A DNA stretch of 61,093 bases, counting the filler, from Trichosphaerium sp. ATCC 40318 (taxonomy: Eukaryota; Protista; Tubulinea), in assembly GCA_038496445.1 (NCBI GenBank). It is 3 parts of 3 records of this genome, joined end to end, with 100 filler letters (N's around TTAATTAATTAA, not from the genome) between each part and the next. Parts side by side here need not be neighbours in the genome. Positions count along the whole stretch, not along the records: positions 1 to 21,948 come from JALMLS010000458.1; positions 22,049 to 39,526 come from JALMLS010000628.1; 1 more part is not named here. One strand, written 5' to 3'. The position numbers and the translations under genes were made by a program. Below are positions 12,210-24,740 of this stretch, one piece after another. How positions within the stretch are numbered: position 1 is the first letter of the stretch; each line of letters opens with the position of its first letter. Below the pieces are notes generated by a model. The model ran no database searches. It was not told the origin of the DNA and saw only the letters and a program-made list of their open reading frames with translations.

Positions 12210-15200
12210 TTTGGCGACACGGCCAGAATTTTTACCTGCAAACTAATTGTCAATTTAAGTACGTCCTTGTATTGTTAAGTCCGGATTTTTGTAGTGTCCG
12301 TGGAGAGATTAGAGAGAGTGAGAGAGAGAGAGTAAGAGTGAGAGAGTAAGAGAGAGAGTAAGAGAGAAAGAGTAAAAGAGAGAAGATAGTAAGAGAAAGA
12401 AATTGAGTTAAGATGTTAGAAGAATTAAACAATATTGATGATGCAATTGAAGCGTATACACCGGCATTTAAAGCTAGAGTTCAAGCAGTTGAGAATGGGA
12501 ACCCTGCAGTGGATGCAGCGAATAACCCCATTTTTGTACCACCTAAGTACCCGACCGTACCAAAGGAAGCTATCAAACCCTTTTCAGGTGACTTTGTTGT
12601 GGACAAAATTAGTATTGATGATTGGTTGGATAAACTGAAGTCAATCTCTGAGTTTTCTGACTGGGAAGAAAGACAATATGAAATTGTCCTTCGAAACTTT
12701 ATAATAGGCCAGGCACTAGAAACAGTGAAACCTGCTGACGGTTCTGGAATATCTACCGTCTCACACGCAATCATCATTAAAGCCTTACTTGAGCGTTACG
12801 GTCGAAAGGCGAATGCCGTACTCAAGAAGCATGAGTTCAACATTCTTAAGATGGAACTGGGAGAAGATGTTAGTATCTTCATGGGCCGTTTTAACAATGC
12901 TGCAAGGGAAGCACGCATGACAGATCCAGTTGCTTTAAGAGATGCATTTTGCATTAAGTTAGTTCCAGCAGAACTGGCCCAATATGTGTTGTTACAAAGA
13001 CCACCCACTGTTCAAAAAGCCTCCGAAATCGCCATGTTTCACATCAGTGTCATGAAAGCCATGGTTAAGCCGGCACCAGTTCCAGCACCTATACCAATCA
13101 CAGACCCAGCACCCATCCAAGTTGTACAACGCAACAACCAAAGGCCAATCCAATGTTATAGTTGTGGACAACCAGGACACATAGCACGCAGATGTCCGAA
13201 TAGAGGATATAATCGAAACCACCCAAACGGATATCAAAGGTACCGTCCAAACCAAAGGAGAGGACAGTTTGACAACTATCGTGCACGACCAAATAACTTC
13301 CGACGAAATCAACGATTCCAAGGTCAAAGTTTCAACCGAAACAATAGACGACAAGGTCAATATATCCGTATGATTACAAATGATGGAGAAGATCAATATT
13401 ATGATGATGAGGTTTATGATGATGAAAGGGGTTATGATGACTATGATGATGATGGATATGACTACCAAGTGAACATGATCAAGTCTGCTAATAATGCCGA
13501 CAAAGCAGCAGTACTAACAACTATGACAACTTTCAGAAATGAAAATGTTACTTTGACGAAAGAAACAATTGTTGACTCAGGAGCTGTCAGAAGTATCTTT
13601 CCATTCAAAATGCTCAAATCAATGAAGGTCACAGAGCTAGAACCTACAAAAGCGACACTCCGAGGAGCGAGTCATGAACCACTAAAAGTAATGGGAACTG
13701 TAACGTTTCAAATTAAAATAGGACGTTCAAAGCAGTGCTGGATTCGATTCATTGTTGTCGAAGACTTTGACCAACCCCTCATTGGCATGGATACAATCTT
13801 AGCAATGAAAATAACCATTGATGCACCAAATTATCGACTGATATTTAACAATGATCCAGCTACATCAACTAAGTGTATACAATCCTTACCGAAAGGCACA
13901 AACGTAGCACTGGTAGTTACACATAGTGTGGTACTGGAACCACGATCATACACCTTTGTCCCTGTTCGTGTTAGACAGCCTCAAGCATCTGGAGTCATGT
14001 TAATTGAAGCTGGTGAACGCTTCAAAGATATGTCTGGAACAGCAGTAGAACGTGCTGTTGTAATGGTTCAAGGCGGCAAAACAGGCATTAGAGTTGCCAA
14101 CTTTTCCAATGAACCAACTGGCGTTATAAAGGGACTCATTCTAGCAAAAGGAAATTGGATGGACAATGACAGGATTAACGCCATTCGATCCACCGAACTA
14201 AGAGAAGCCCAATCCATCTTAAAAGATTTGAAGGATGCTAAAACATTCAGCAGTGATATGGCAACCATCCAAGATATGTTTGATTTATCAAACAGTAGTC
14301 TTAATGATGAGCAAAAACTACTTTTAACATCATTTCTGGCAAAGTACAAACATTTATTCATCAAGAACACGAAGCGTCCCCCCAAATCCAAAATGCCTGC
14401 TCATAACATTGAAACTGGCAGTGCCAGACCTATCAAAAGCCAACCATACCGCATGTCACCATCAGAAGCAGATTATCTGTGGAAACGAATCAACACAATG
14501 TTGGAAGATGGTATAATCAGAGAAAGCAACTCACCGTGGTCATTCCCGGTGGTTATTGCACCAAAAAGTGATGGCACCTTACGATTCTGTGTTGATTATA
14601 GAAAACTCAATGGAGTCACCAAAAAGGACTCATACCCTATTCCACGAGTGGAGGAAGCCTTAGATTCTGTAGCAGGAGCTATCTACTTTACAACATTGGA
14701 CCAACCAAGCAGTTACTGGCACATTGAGGTTGCTGAACAAGACAAACAGAAAACAGCCTTTACCACAAAATTTGGACTGTTTGAGTTTAATAGAATGCCA
14801 TTTGGACTTGTCAACGCTCCAGCAACTTTTCAAAGATACATGGAGGTCCTATTGAATGGTTTAACATGGAAGTATGCATTGGTCTACATTGACGATATTA
14901 TTATCTTTACAAAGACCTTTGAACAACATCTACTAGCTTTAGCGTTAATATTCAAACGATTTGACAAGTACAGCCACTCGCTAAATGCTAAAAAGTGCAG
15001 TTTCTGTGTTCCAGAGGTCAAATACCTAGGACATGTGGTCACGCGGAATGGAGTAAAACCAGATAAGAACAAAATTGCAGCAATAATCGACATGACAAAA
15101 CCTACAAATGTCAAAGATCTACGATCATTCCTAGGGATAGTGAACTATTACCGATCGTTCATCCCGGCATACACTGAAATGGTTCATGAATTATATGAAC

Positions 15201-16225
15201 TACTTAAAAACGATGTGCCATTTAACTGGACTGCAAAACATGATAAAAGTGTCTCTCAAATAAAACAGGCTCTTACAAATGCACCAATTCTTGGATATCC
15301 CAATTTTAATGAGCCCTTCATATTATATACAGATGCATCAAACGTTGGAGTGGGAGCAGTACTTGCACAGAAGATTCACGGAAAAGAAACAGTCATATCA
15401 TATTTCAGCAAAAGTTTGAATACAGCACAACGCAACTACTCCACCACAGCCAAAGAATGTCTGGCAGTAATCATGGCTGCAGAACGCTACCGTCCATACA
15501 TTGCAAGTAATGAAGTTATTTTTGTTACCGACCATGAATCGTTGAAATGGTTATTGACAACCAAACACGTCCGTCAAAAGTTTGCACAATGGGTCTTCAC
15601 TTTGCAAGAATACACATTCACAATTGAACAACGGGCTGGTAGACTACATGGCAATGCAGATGCTCTATCAAGACCACCTTTTACAAAAGGAGTGTCGATC
15701 AAACCCTTCAGTGGATTCAGTACTGAACGCCTACGAGTGTGTCAAAATCATGACGAATTTTGCAGAAATATAATAAATTACATACGCACTAAACACCTGC
15801 CACTTGACCAAACAGCTGCACGAAACGTGGTTGCACTGGCCAGGTTTATGTGGATAAATGACGAGGGCATATTGAATCACATCTGGTTACCCTCAGTACC
15901 AAAAGTTAAGCAATCAGTCTCCCAGGTGGTTGTACCTCAAACACTTATAATTGAAGTACTCAAAAGCCACCATGACGAAAATGGTCACTTAGGTTTTTAC
16001 AAAACCTTCAACTCAATTCGTAGTAAATACTACTGGCCAGGGTATTACAGACAAGTTAAAGACTACATCGATAGTTGCAAGTTATGTCAAACCAAAAAGA
16101 TCCGTCGGGGCAAACAACCTGGCAAGTTGATGCCAATGGTTGCCAGTTTTCCATGGCAACGCATGGCAATTGACATTGTTGGACCTTTGAAGCGTACACG
16201 CCTTGGAAATACAAATATTGTGGTA
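12065..16225 (+). mobile_element. Ty3/Gypsy LTR retrotransposon 1, 5' part, interrupted inside integrase
   Basis: Candidate LTR TGTTATG...CATAACA, PBS TGGCGACACG at 12212, and a single gag-pol ORF. Sequence changes abruptly at ~16226. Confidence 0.9.
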
Positions 16226-16234
16226 CAGGTCTAA
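12413..16234 (+). CDS. Gag-Pol polyprotein (Gag CCHC, aspartic protease, RT, RNase H, truncated integrase)
   Basis: CYSCGQPGHIARRC; IVDSGA; RMPFGL, YIDD; YTDAS, TDHESL, ADALSR; integrase HHCC and IDIVGP, then a premature end. Confidence 0.95.
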   Translation: MLEELNNIDDAIEAYTPAFKARVQAVENGNPAVDAANNPIFVPPKYPTVPKEAIKPFSGDFVVDKISIDDWLDKLKSISEFSDWEERQYEIVLRNFIIGQALETVKPADGSGISTVSHAIIIKALLERYGRKANAVLKKHEFNILKMELGEDVSIFMGRFNNAAREARMTDPVALRDAFCIKLVPAELAQYVLLQRPPTVQKASEIAMFHISVMKAMVKPAPVPAPIPITDPAPIQVVQRNNQRPIQCYSCGQPGHIARRCPNRGYNRNHPNGYQRYRPNQRRGQFDNYRARPNNFRRNQRFQGQSFNRNNRRQGQYIRMITNDGEDQYYDDEVYDDERGYDDYDDDGYDYQVNMIKSANNADKAAVLTTMTTFRNENVTLTKETIVDSGAVRSIFPFKMLKSMKVTELEPTKATLRGASHEPLKVMGTVTFQIKIGRSKQCWIRFIVVEDFDQPLIGMDTILAMKITIDAPNYRLIFNNDPATSTKCIQSLPKGTNVALVVTHSVVLEPRSYTFVPVRVRQPQASGVMLIEAGERFKDMSGTAVERAVVMVQGGKTGIRVANFSNEPTGVIKGLILAKGNWMDNDRINAIRSTELREAQSILKDLKDAKTFSSDMATIQDMFDLSNSSLNDEQKLLLTSFLAKYKHLFIKNTKRPPKSKMPAHNIETGSARPIKSQPYRMSPSEADYLWKRINTMLEDGIIRESNSPWSFPVVIAPKSDGTLRFCVDYRKLNGVTKKDSYPIPRVEEALDSVAGAIYFTTLDQPSSYWHIEVAEQDKQKTAFTTKFGLFEFNRMPFGLVNAPATFQRYMEVLLNGLTWKYALVYIDDIIIFTKTFEQHLLALALIFKRFDKYSHSLNAKKCSFCVPEVKYLGHVVTRNGVKPDKNKIAAIIDMTKPTNVKDLRSFLGIVNYYRSFIPAYTEMVHELYELLKNDVPFNWTAKHDKSVSQIKQALTNAPILGYPNFNEPFILYTDASNVGVGAVLAQKIHGKETVISYFSKSLNTAQRNYSTTAKECLAVIMAAERYRPYIASNEVIFVTDHESLKWLLTTKHVRQKFAQWVFTLQEYTFTIEQRAGRLHGNADALSRPPFTKGVSIKPFSGFSTERLRVCQNHDEFCRNIINYIRTKHLPLDQTAARNVVALARFMWINDEGILNHIWLPSVPKVKQSVSQVVVPQTLIIEVLKSHHDENGHLGFYKTFNSIRSKYYWPGYYRQVKDYIDSCKLCQTKKIRRGKQPGKLMPMVASFPWQRMAIDIVGPLKRTRLGNTNIVVQV

Positions 16235-16249
16235 AATTCTCAAGCTGTT

Positions 16250-16895
16250 TTTATGGTAGATACCATGAATTTGTGGTATAATTATACCATTGATTCCAAT
16301 TTTATACCACAAATTCCAGTATAATATACCATAAATCTAAGGATTTATACCATGAAACAGCCAAATTATACCATAAATATACAGTAGAAAGTGCGAATTT
16401 ATACCATATTTTTTCACCTGAAAAAATGCATTATATGGTATAATTCTACCATAAAACATGGTATAAAACACAGTATAATACCATAAAGTGTGGTATATTA
16501 TACCACCAAGTACAGTATATCATACTATATAACTTAGTATTGTGTACCATAAACAGCAGTATCTTATACCACAAATCATAGTATAATATACTACATAACT
16601 TAGTATCTTGTACCATAAACAATGGTATATTATACCATAAAACTTGGTACTTTGTACCACAAACAGTGGTATATTATGCCATGAAACTTGGTACTTTGTA
16701 CCACAAACAGTGGTATATTATACCATGAAACTTGGTACTTTGTACCATAAACAGTGGTATATTATACCATAAAACTTGGTACTTTGTACCACAAACAGTG
16801 GTATATTATACCATAAAACTTGGTACTGTATACCATAAATAACCAAAAACACCAGTTTATTATACTACAAAACACAGTATAAAATACCATAAATA
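16250..16895. repeat. Subterminal array of TGGTA-N5-TACCA palindromes (22-bp period, 44-bp higher-order unit)
   Basis: Palindrome starts at 16623, 16645, 16667, 16689, 16711, 16733, 16755, 16777, 16799 and 16821, alternating tggtatattatacca and tggtactttgtacca (single-base variants occur). More degenerate copies flank them. Confidence 0.92.
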
Positions 16896-16918
16896 CCAAA
16901 AATCCTATACGATATTGT

Positions 16919-19115
16919 TTAAAACTCCAAATATTCACACAAAGCTACATCGTCAATGGAATGAAGGCCTATTTGATTTTTAACTAATATTTTTGTTAGA
17001 TAAAAAATTGTAAGCAAACTTACAAGAGAGAAAATGCGTAGCTAATTTGTCAGCCTTGGAGTCATAGTGCAATTCCCGAAACAGTTGCAATAAAGCTTTT
17101 TTGCTCAAAGTTTTCTTATGATTTGCCTTTATCCTCACCAAAACTATTGATTTATCATCCTATGAAACAATTAACACTTTGCCAAAGTTTGTGAGAGCAC
17201 TTGTTTTTTTTCAATCAATGCGGCTTTTATCACATATCTTGCCACCATCTCTGAGCTATCTCTACAGCTTTCAATTGAACCTCCTAATACCTTACATGTT
17301 GGCAAATCAATAGATGCCGGCACAACTTTTTTATAATTGGCGATGCTGGTTTCAAAGCCAAGTATTTCATCTACATTTGCACTTGGACCTAAAGCATTTG
17401 AGATAAGGAAAAAGAACCTCCCAATGTCTACTTACAGTACGTGTAAATGCCGTCAGAGCTCGCAACAATAGAAAACCAAGCACTAAAAAATAGTAAAAAC
17501 AATACACTGTAGCATAGTAAAAGAAAAGTACATGTTAGAGGTATAAAAGTCATCTTCTATGTCGGCGATTGAGTCAAAAACAATAAAATGATTTTCCGAA
17601 TTCTTGTAAAAAGGAATCAAGGCAAACACGGAATGGCTCTTCAACTCAACGTCCTAAAGCTATTTAGCACAATACCTACCAATACATGTACCATTGAAGA
17701 AACAGCCGGTAAGTCTTGCTTTAAACCAATCACTGTGACTTTGTGGTAGTAATCTTGAATTGTTAACAAAAAAAAAAAAGGAATGCAATGTACCTTTTTT
17801 TTGCTATCAAAAAAATCCCGTTAGCTTCATCAAATGCAATCAACACTGTACCTTGCTATTTTCGCCAAATTCATATAAGCATCCATTTGACGTGCATTCG
17901 GTGTACCATCTGAGGTGAACAACCATATAAAATCTTTAAACTTAAACTTGAGATCTCGCACTGAAACTACATCATTTAGCAATAGCTGCTCTTTCTTTTT
18001 TTTTTCTACAGGTGCTTCCTCATTCTCTTTTTCAAGACCTACATTGTGTCAACTGTGAATAAAAGCAAAGAAATCAGCCGTACCAGTAGTATTGGCATCC
18101 ACATTCACAACATGTTTGTCGACAATGTTATTACTTTGTTCACTTTCCTCGGCACTTGAATTTGTGGTTTCTAATAAATTTATTATATCAGCTATATCCA
18201 TATCACCTTCTGAATCATCAATAAATGTGTCGCTACAACAAGCATGAGAGGGAAAAAAAAAGAAGAAAAAAAACACGTGAAAAATAAAAGCCGCACATGT
18301 GTTTGTAATGTCCATTTGTTGTAAAGTAATTGTGGCCAGTTTGTTGATATTTTCCATGCTTATTTTGTAAAGCATCCATTGTGAGCGTGTAGTATTCTGT
18401 AATTTGAACAATATTAAATCACAAATAAATAAAAAAAAAAAAAGGTAAATTCGTACCCATCCTTGTACCATTTCTTTTAAAGCCACAGTGATTGTAAAAG
18501 GAATTTTAAAATGAAACACTTTGTTTTGAAGTGCTAAATTAAAAATAGCAACTAATAACAGGTTAGACATTAAACGCTAAGTTGTTTATGCTTTACGTAC
18601 CAACAGAAGCCTTTGAAATTTGTGGAATTTTGGATTTTATTTCTACCAAATACCTGCTCACGTATGCTTTAAAAGTCCTTGTAGTTAGCAAATAGTCATT
18701 GTTAACTTGAGAGTAGTTCAAGTCACATTTTGCAAATTTTGGGTTTGTTCTCCACGTGGTTTTAAATGCTTCCCATGTTTTTTTTTAGCGCTGGAACTAA
18801 GAGCTCCGGCCTCTAAATAAAGTCTTTGAGCAATAACACCAACTTCCGACTATTGCATTATTAGTGTGGTTTTTAATACAAAAACAAGTGGTAGCGCACG
18901 TTTGTAGTGGCAATCTCCGGCTTGGATTGATTTGTGGTCATTCCAAAATTTTGCTTTATTGTCTTCACATCCTGTTCTAAGGCTCGAACGTGATGTGCAA
19001 GCTTTCTAAACTGTAATTAATAACTGGCAAAATAATAACAAGAAAAAGCGTACTGAACCAGTGCTTTCAAATTTTCCTCGTTCATTTGCTTCTTTGATGG
19101 CGGCTCAGCAGACAT
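16919..19115 (-). CDS. Second (accessory, TnpA-position) multi-exon gene of the DNA transposon, function unknown
   Basis: ATG 19115 (MSAEPPSKKQ), more than 10 GT-AG introns, acidic linker, last exon LHSIDDVALCEYLEF-stop. Some indels. Confidence 0.5.
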
Positions 19116-19181
19116 GGTGAGTTTAAAAAATTGTTAAAAATTTACTAATTTAATTGACTACAATGATGAATGCGGAGTATT

Positions 19182-21948
19182 TTAGGAAGGGATGGCAAAG
19201 TGATAGTAGTTAATGAGGTGCTCTCCATCGTCACTGGTTGTACATACTTGCGCTAGCTTGTACACATTTTTTAGTGGTACACATGCTATTGTGTCAGCAA
19301 ATTCAACGCTACAACAAAGTTAGTGTTTCAAAAGCAAGAAGGGAAGGTTTTGCACGTCAATAGCTCACTGTTGGCATCGTATGGGCTGTTTGGGTTTTTT
19401 AAAGTAAAGTACCTAGAATTACATGAGTAAATTAGTTGTTGCACTACTACAAACAGCTCACTCTCCAAATACAAACACCTGATTGTTGTCAGTGATGCTT
19501 TGATAAATGGCTTGAGTTTTAACATATATGCAGTCTTTTTTAGTTTCTCTCTTTGCCGGTCTCCATGATTTAAAAAGAGTTTCATTTGAGACAGAAAGCT
19601 TCATTGTCAGATTTTCCGTTGTTACAGAGTTATAGGAAACAAACGGTTCTGACATAAGTCTTCTAGTATCAGCAGGGAATGTGGCTTCAAATGCTAATTT
19701 TTCCATGTGGCATAACTCTCTAACACATCTTTTGTTGCCTAACAACAAAGTGAGATGTAAATTTTTTTGTTTGCATTGCTTACGTAAAATCCAGTGTGCC
19801 TTTGGTCTTTTGTAAAATGGAGGAGTGATCACTTTCCTTGACAATTCAATGTTATCTTTGTATTGATCATGTAGCACGGAAGTGCAAAGGGCATCAAACT
19901 TGCCAATATATGATAGCATTAACCACGGTATTTCTTTGTCTACTATGTCCCTATGCTTTGTTGGTATGTTGAAAACGGAACATTTCATGCACTTTATTTT
20001 GTCATGGTTCTTGGACGACAACTTCCATTTTTTGATGGTGGCATGCTTAGATTCACATGCATAAGTGCTAATAATGTAGTTAATCACAACCACTTCATAA
20101 AAGTGTACCTAAAGTGTTTAAAAACTCCAAATCGTTTAATCATGTATTCATAGTGGTAAGGCACGTGAAAGTTTGTTGTGTCTAAATTTAGATCTAATAA
20201 GTTGTCAATGATCAGACACATACAAAAAAAGCAAATTGCAAACAGTACCAGGTAAACTGAGCTTTATTTCATTCAATAAGTTTTTGTATTTGACTGTAAC
20301 ACTTTTGACTTGACGTTCTGACATAAAATCTCTTTGTGTCAATACTACAAAAGCCAATAAATGCTTCCTTTAAATTGGTCAATAAAAGGGCCACACAAAG
20401 AGAAATAGAAAGGTACCACATTGACATGAGGTCATCAGGTAAAATGTGGCGAAAAACCAGAGCAGACATTTTCAAAAAGGTTCTCATGTCTGTTCCATCC
20501 CAACTCTCAGATACTAAACATCCTGTATTATTCCACACTGCCTTCATTCTAATAAGACTTTGAATCAATACATCAAGACAACAACATGTACGTACTTTCC
20601 TAACCCTGTATTTTGTTTTCTAACATACTTGATTCTACGATTTAGAGTTTTTTTAAATGTTTCTTTGGGTTGCAGCTCTTGCATTTTAGCCAATGCCGCA
20701 TCCAACACATTTTTAGCTATGCCCAATATGATGTTATGAAATGGACAATATGGAGAATCCAAAAAAAAGTCAAAGTGATGGTTCAACAGCTTACTGAACG
20801 GAGACTAAAAGAAAAAAAAATACCAGTTAATCTAAAGTAAAACTAAATTTGTGGGTTGTTGCTCACCTGCCTGTGAATGCTAAAACAATCTTTAATATGA
20901 TCACTATATAGAGTGTTCATGTGCCATGGTGAGGATTTGGAGTGTGTTTCTTGTGGCTGTTACAATCTCATTGTCTTCTGTAATTATTGAAAGGCATTTT
21001 TTGGCACTCTACATATTCGGCAAGGATAATGAGATGTTGGACTCCTCATTGCTAAAAGTAACATAAGTTGATCAATAGTGAAGGATTTTGTACATATCAA
21101 TCTATTTGAGCCTGGTGAATCACCCAATATCTTAGACAACCTCAAATACACTGTGAAGTACTATTTTTTGGATTAAATTGTAAAAAAAACCCAATAAAAT
21201 TGGCCCGTACCTTTTGTTCACTTTTTATGTAACATCTCATGCCATTGTACACCTTTAAAAAATCATTTACAACATGTTCCAAAAGATCTTCTTCATGCAA
21301 ACACTTTGGTAGCACAGCCAACAACATTTTTCCAGTAGCACTGGCACTGTTAGGCAAATTCCAAACAACCATATACAAAGGTCCCAAACTGTCTTTTTTA
21401 TCGTATGTAAAATCATCCTTGCTTATATATGCTATTTATTAACAGTGAGTAAACAATCAAAAGATAAAGTATAGTATACCTGGGAGTAAAATAGTGTTGT
21501 TTTTGTCTGCCTCATAAATGTCAAGTACATCTGCGAACACTTTTTTCACATTGGTCCCAGTTTCTGGACCTTTGTACACCTTTTCTGCTTTTGTAGTTCC
21601 ATCTTCATAGTGTGTGCATTGTGGATGGTCCATCAGTTATACATTCAGCGATGCTGTTTCTTGTGGGCAAATAATACAACACTCTTTTGATATGCTCTGA
21701 TGGAGAGTAAAAAGGAACTTGTGTCATGTATACAACTTTGTCTGACTTGGTTTTTTGTCCACTGATATTATTTCAGGTGGAAATTGAGGCAAAAACTAAT
21801 GTAAAACAATAAGCAAGGACAAAGGCACATACGACTGGTAAATGTACTTTTGTAGCAATTTCTTTCAACAATGTGTTCACAGAAACAGACACAGTGCCTA
21901 ACAAACCCAACATAAGAGATAATCACAATGTGGCATGTTACGTACCAT
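19182..21948 (-). CDS. CMC/EnSpm-like DDE transposase, 5' end truncated by the gap
   Basis: LLPAYISKDDF (D1), GPLYMVVWNLP, ILGDSPG (D2), HYPCRIC, DSPYCPFHNIILGIAK, HVPYHYEYMIKRFG, ACESKH (E). This is the motif order of CACTA-type transposases. Several indels. Confidence 0.75.
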
Positions 21949-22048
21949 NNNNNNNNNNNNNNNNNNNNNNNNNNNNNNNNNNNNNNNNNNNNTTAATTAA
22001 TTAANNNNNNNNNNNNNNNNNNNNNNNNNNNNNNNNNNNNNNNNNNNN
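21949..22048. other. Assembly gap / artificial contig linker
   Basis: N-run with central TTAATTAATTAA, which gives stops in all six frames. Confidence 0.97.
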
Positions 22049-23610
22049 TTCGTTCCATTTAATTGCGTTTTCACTTGGTCCCTCCGACATGTGTAGTTGT
22101 GCCTGCATTAAATTCGCGTTTGGAATAATAGCAGTCAAGAACAGTCTCACTATCTTGGCAGATGTCGCCCAGCGCATTAATGCCACACTCAAGTGTTGTT
22201 CGCGTAACAGTAGGGCTCACAGTAGCCTGTGTAGTGATTTTGAGAGAAACATGGCCAATAAAGATTGTCATCGCTTGGAAGCAGCCTAGTTAGCATTCTA
22301 TTGCAGTTATGGTTGTCATCGTGAATTCAGATTTACAAGTGACTTGTAAGGCGCGTGTATAGCGTGATTGCTATTGTTCAGTCTTTGTTCCCTTATACAA
22401 GCTATCCGTTCGCTTTTTAGAAGCAAATATACTCAACTGAGCTTGAAAGCGCTAGCCACGCGTTGTAAGCGTACTACTTGTTACTCATCACGTATGCAAC
22501 TGAACCCAATGAGCTTCAGGTGCAATTCGTAACTCCTGAAATTGTCAAACACTACTTCTTGTTCCCTACACGCGTAAAACACTATACTTTGCATTCATTG
22601 CAACCTCTTAACATCGATACAGAAAGAAATTGCAACAAAGGGTAAAAACCTCGAAAAAATCTAAATTTATTTTGATCTTTGTTACCACTTTTTTCACCTA
22701 TTCTGTATTCTCAACACAACCAACACACCTCCTCTTATCGAAATAACATGAATAACCCTTCATCTGTAACCACACATGGTTCTTTTGTCTCCAAGTCTCA
22801 CCTACACAGCAATCTTCAACATGCAAAAAATAGTACGGCGTCATTTTGCTGTTACACTTGTGCTAAAGGTTACTGCTAGAGTACTTTGGTATGGACGAAA
22901 ATACTGTATGAACTTGACACTACACAGAGTCCTGTAAAAACTACTCCTTCTACGGAGTCACAAGATAGAGTTTATCACCAGGTACGCCTACAAAGTAGTT
23001 TCAATTTTTTGTTATGTAGTATTTGACATTCTTTGTTCTTCTCAGAAGTCGAAGAATACGCAAAGTTTGTTAATAAGATGCGTGCCTTCAGTGATCGGTA
23101 ACACTTTGAAGCAAAGATTAATCAATGTCTCCAACTCTCTGTATATACTCGTAGTATTTATTCTTCGTTTTGCCTTACGGAGTGTTCCCATTTTTTCCGT
23201 GAAGAAACCTGTAAATAAAATAAAAAACAAGGGAAGCCTTAGTATTACTATCAACTGTTTTGACCTTACTGTGTGCTGTTCAAAACACAAGTAACCCACT
23301 AGTAATTGACCATCATTTTATTCTTACCGATAACCTGAAGCGTCACAAAACCAGCTTTCAAAAAAACTAACAGACATTTGCAAATAAAATAGTTACACAG
23401 CCACGCTAGTGCAGTCACCGTCGCATCCTAAGTTATAATTCACATGGGGCGGCAACGTGCTAATTTTATTTGGTATTATGGTTACTAGCTAGTAGTTAAT
23501 TAACTTTTCGGTGGGCGACTAGGTAGAGGACGATGATCACCGAATCAGATTTGTTGGTTTTTGAGTGGCAAAGTCAGTTGGATACCTCTTGAAACATTGT
23601 GGTAGATAAA

Positions 23611-24467
23611 ATGTCGTTGAGGCGCCAAAATAAACCTGTAAAAGAAAGTGCTTCGACAAAACCACTTCCTGGGTTAAAAAAACCAATTCCAAAGAGAAAA
23701 AGTAATAGCTATATTGACGTAAGGGCGGAAATTCAAGCAGAGTTGGATGCAGATTGGTCTGAAGAGCTTATGGTGAGCTTTTAAGATAATTTTTGTTGTT
23801 TGAGAATAACTTCAATTCAGAATGCGTCAATTGCTTGGAAGAATGAGCGCAAGGTATATACGACGCATATTGATAACTTTAATAATTTATGATTTCACAG
23901 ACGTCAAATCCGTCAATAGAGAAGCACTACAACTATGCTAGATGCCTGGTCCACTCGAAATATAGAGTAGAGATCGAAAAAGGACTCATTGAGTTAGAAG
24001 GTATGCTACAGCTACAAACTTGTTAGAATACCATTACACAACGCGTATTAACGCCTACGCGTATAGAAGTAATGCGTGTAGCTTCTACTGACGTTGAAAT
24101 TATTTGCGACTGCTTATATTACTACGCATATGGTCAGTATAAGCTATCAGAGTACACTAGCGCTATGAGCGCGTTAAAGTTATTAATTGACAGAAAACCA
24201 AACCACAGACATGCAACGGTGTTCTCAGACATGGCTAAAAAGCAGAGATTTAATCGTACGCCCCTTTTGATGATAAACAATGACATCTTGACATGTTTGT
24301 TTATTTTTGACCTAGATGATACTATTGGTATCGGTATTGTGGTATGTACAACTGTTGTACTTGGTACACTTGGAATTTTTTTAGCAAGAAAAGTGTGGAT
24401 AGATAATTTAAACCATATTGAATATAATAATGATATATACAATTCGTATTGGTGTGAGAGTAATTAA
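23611..24467 (+). CDS. FIS1: Mitochondrial fission 1 protein (TPR + C-terminal TM anchor)
   Basis: HYNYARCLVHS...EKGLIELE, DCLYYYAYGQYKLSEY, KPNHRHA, and TM IGIGIVVCTTVVLGTLGIFL followed by ARK. Confidence 0.8.
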
Positions 24468-24740
24468 AAAAAAAGAAATTTCCTTTTTTGAAGAAAAAAA
24501 TACCCAAAAAGAAAAAAAAACAATCATGTACATACAGGGCAAAGTTAAAATAAAATAAAACCAACTCGCAAGACAAAAGTATCCTATTAAATACTTAAAT
24601 ATAACCATGGTAGAGACATCAACAAAAACATTTCGAATTCGCTATGTTTAAATTTTTTTTATTTGGAGAAACAAAACAAATGTGACACTATATTATGTAT
24701 CACTTGTTTTTCGTGTTCATGTGGATGAACCAGAATAATC

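Larger units (their letters stand above)
16226..21948 (-). mobile_element. CMC/EnSpm(CACTA)-like DNA transposon nested in the Gypsy integrase; other end lost in the gap
   Basis: Junction ...GTGGTA|CAGGTCTAAAA, a subterminal repeat array, and two intron-containing genes, one with CMC-type DDE motifs. Confidence 0.75.

Noticed and set aside
12302-12400. AG-rich tract and the Leu/Ser-rich minus-strand ORF 12250-12432
   Set aside because: Simple-sequence tract in the retrotransposon 5' UTR; the ORF is a by-product.
16250-16895. CRISPR-like array of palindromic repeats
   Set aside because: Intervening sequences are only 7 bp and are themselves repeated, there are no unique spacers or cas genes, and the context is a eukaryotic transposon end.
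17805-17852. Walker-B-like VLIAFDEA in the transposon accessory gene
   Set aside because: It lies within a GT...CTAAC...TAG intron and no Walker A is present.
21949-22048. TTAATTAATTAA palindrome as a biological site (also at 39527-39626)
   Set aside because: Identical motif centred in 100-nt N blocks: an artificial linker. Adjacency across these gaps is not evidence of linkage.
22049-23560. Short Cys-containing exon-like pieces and small ORFs
   Set aside because: No coherent spliced model or recognisable domain could be built.
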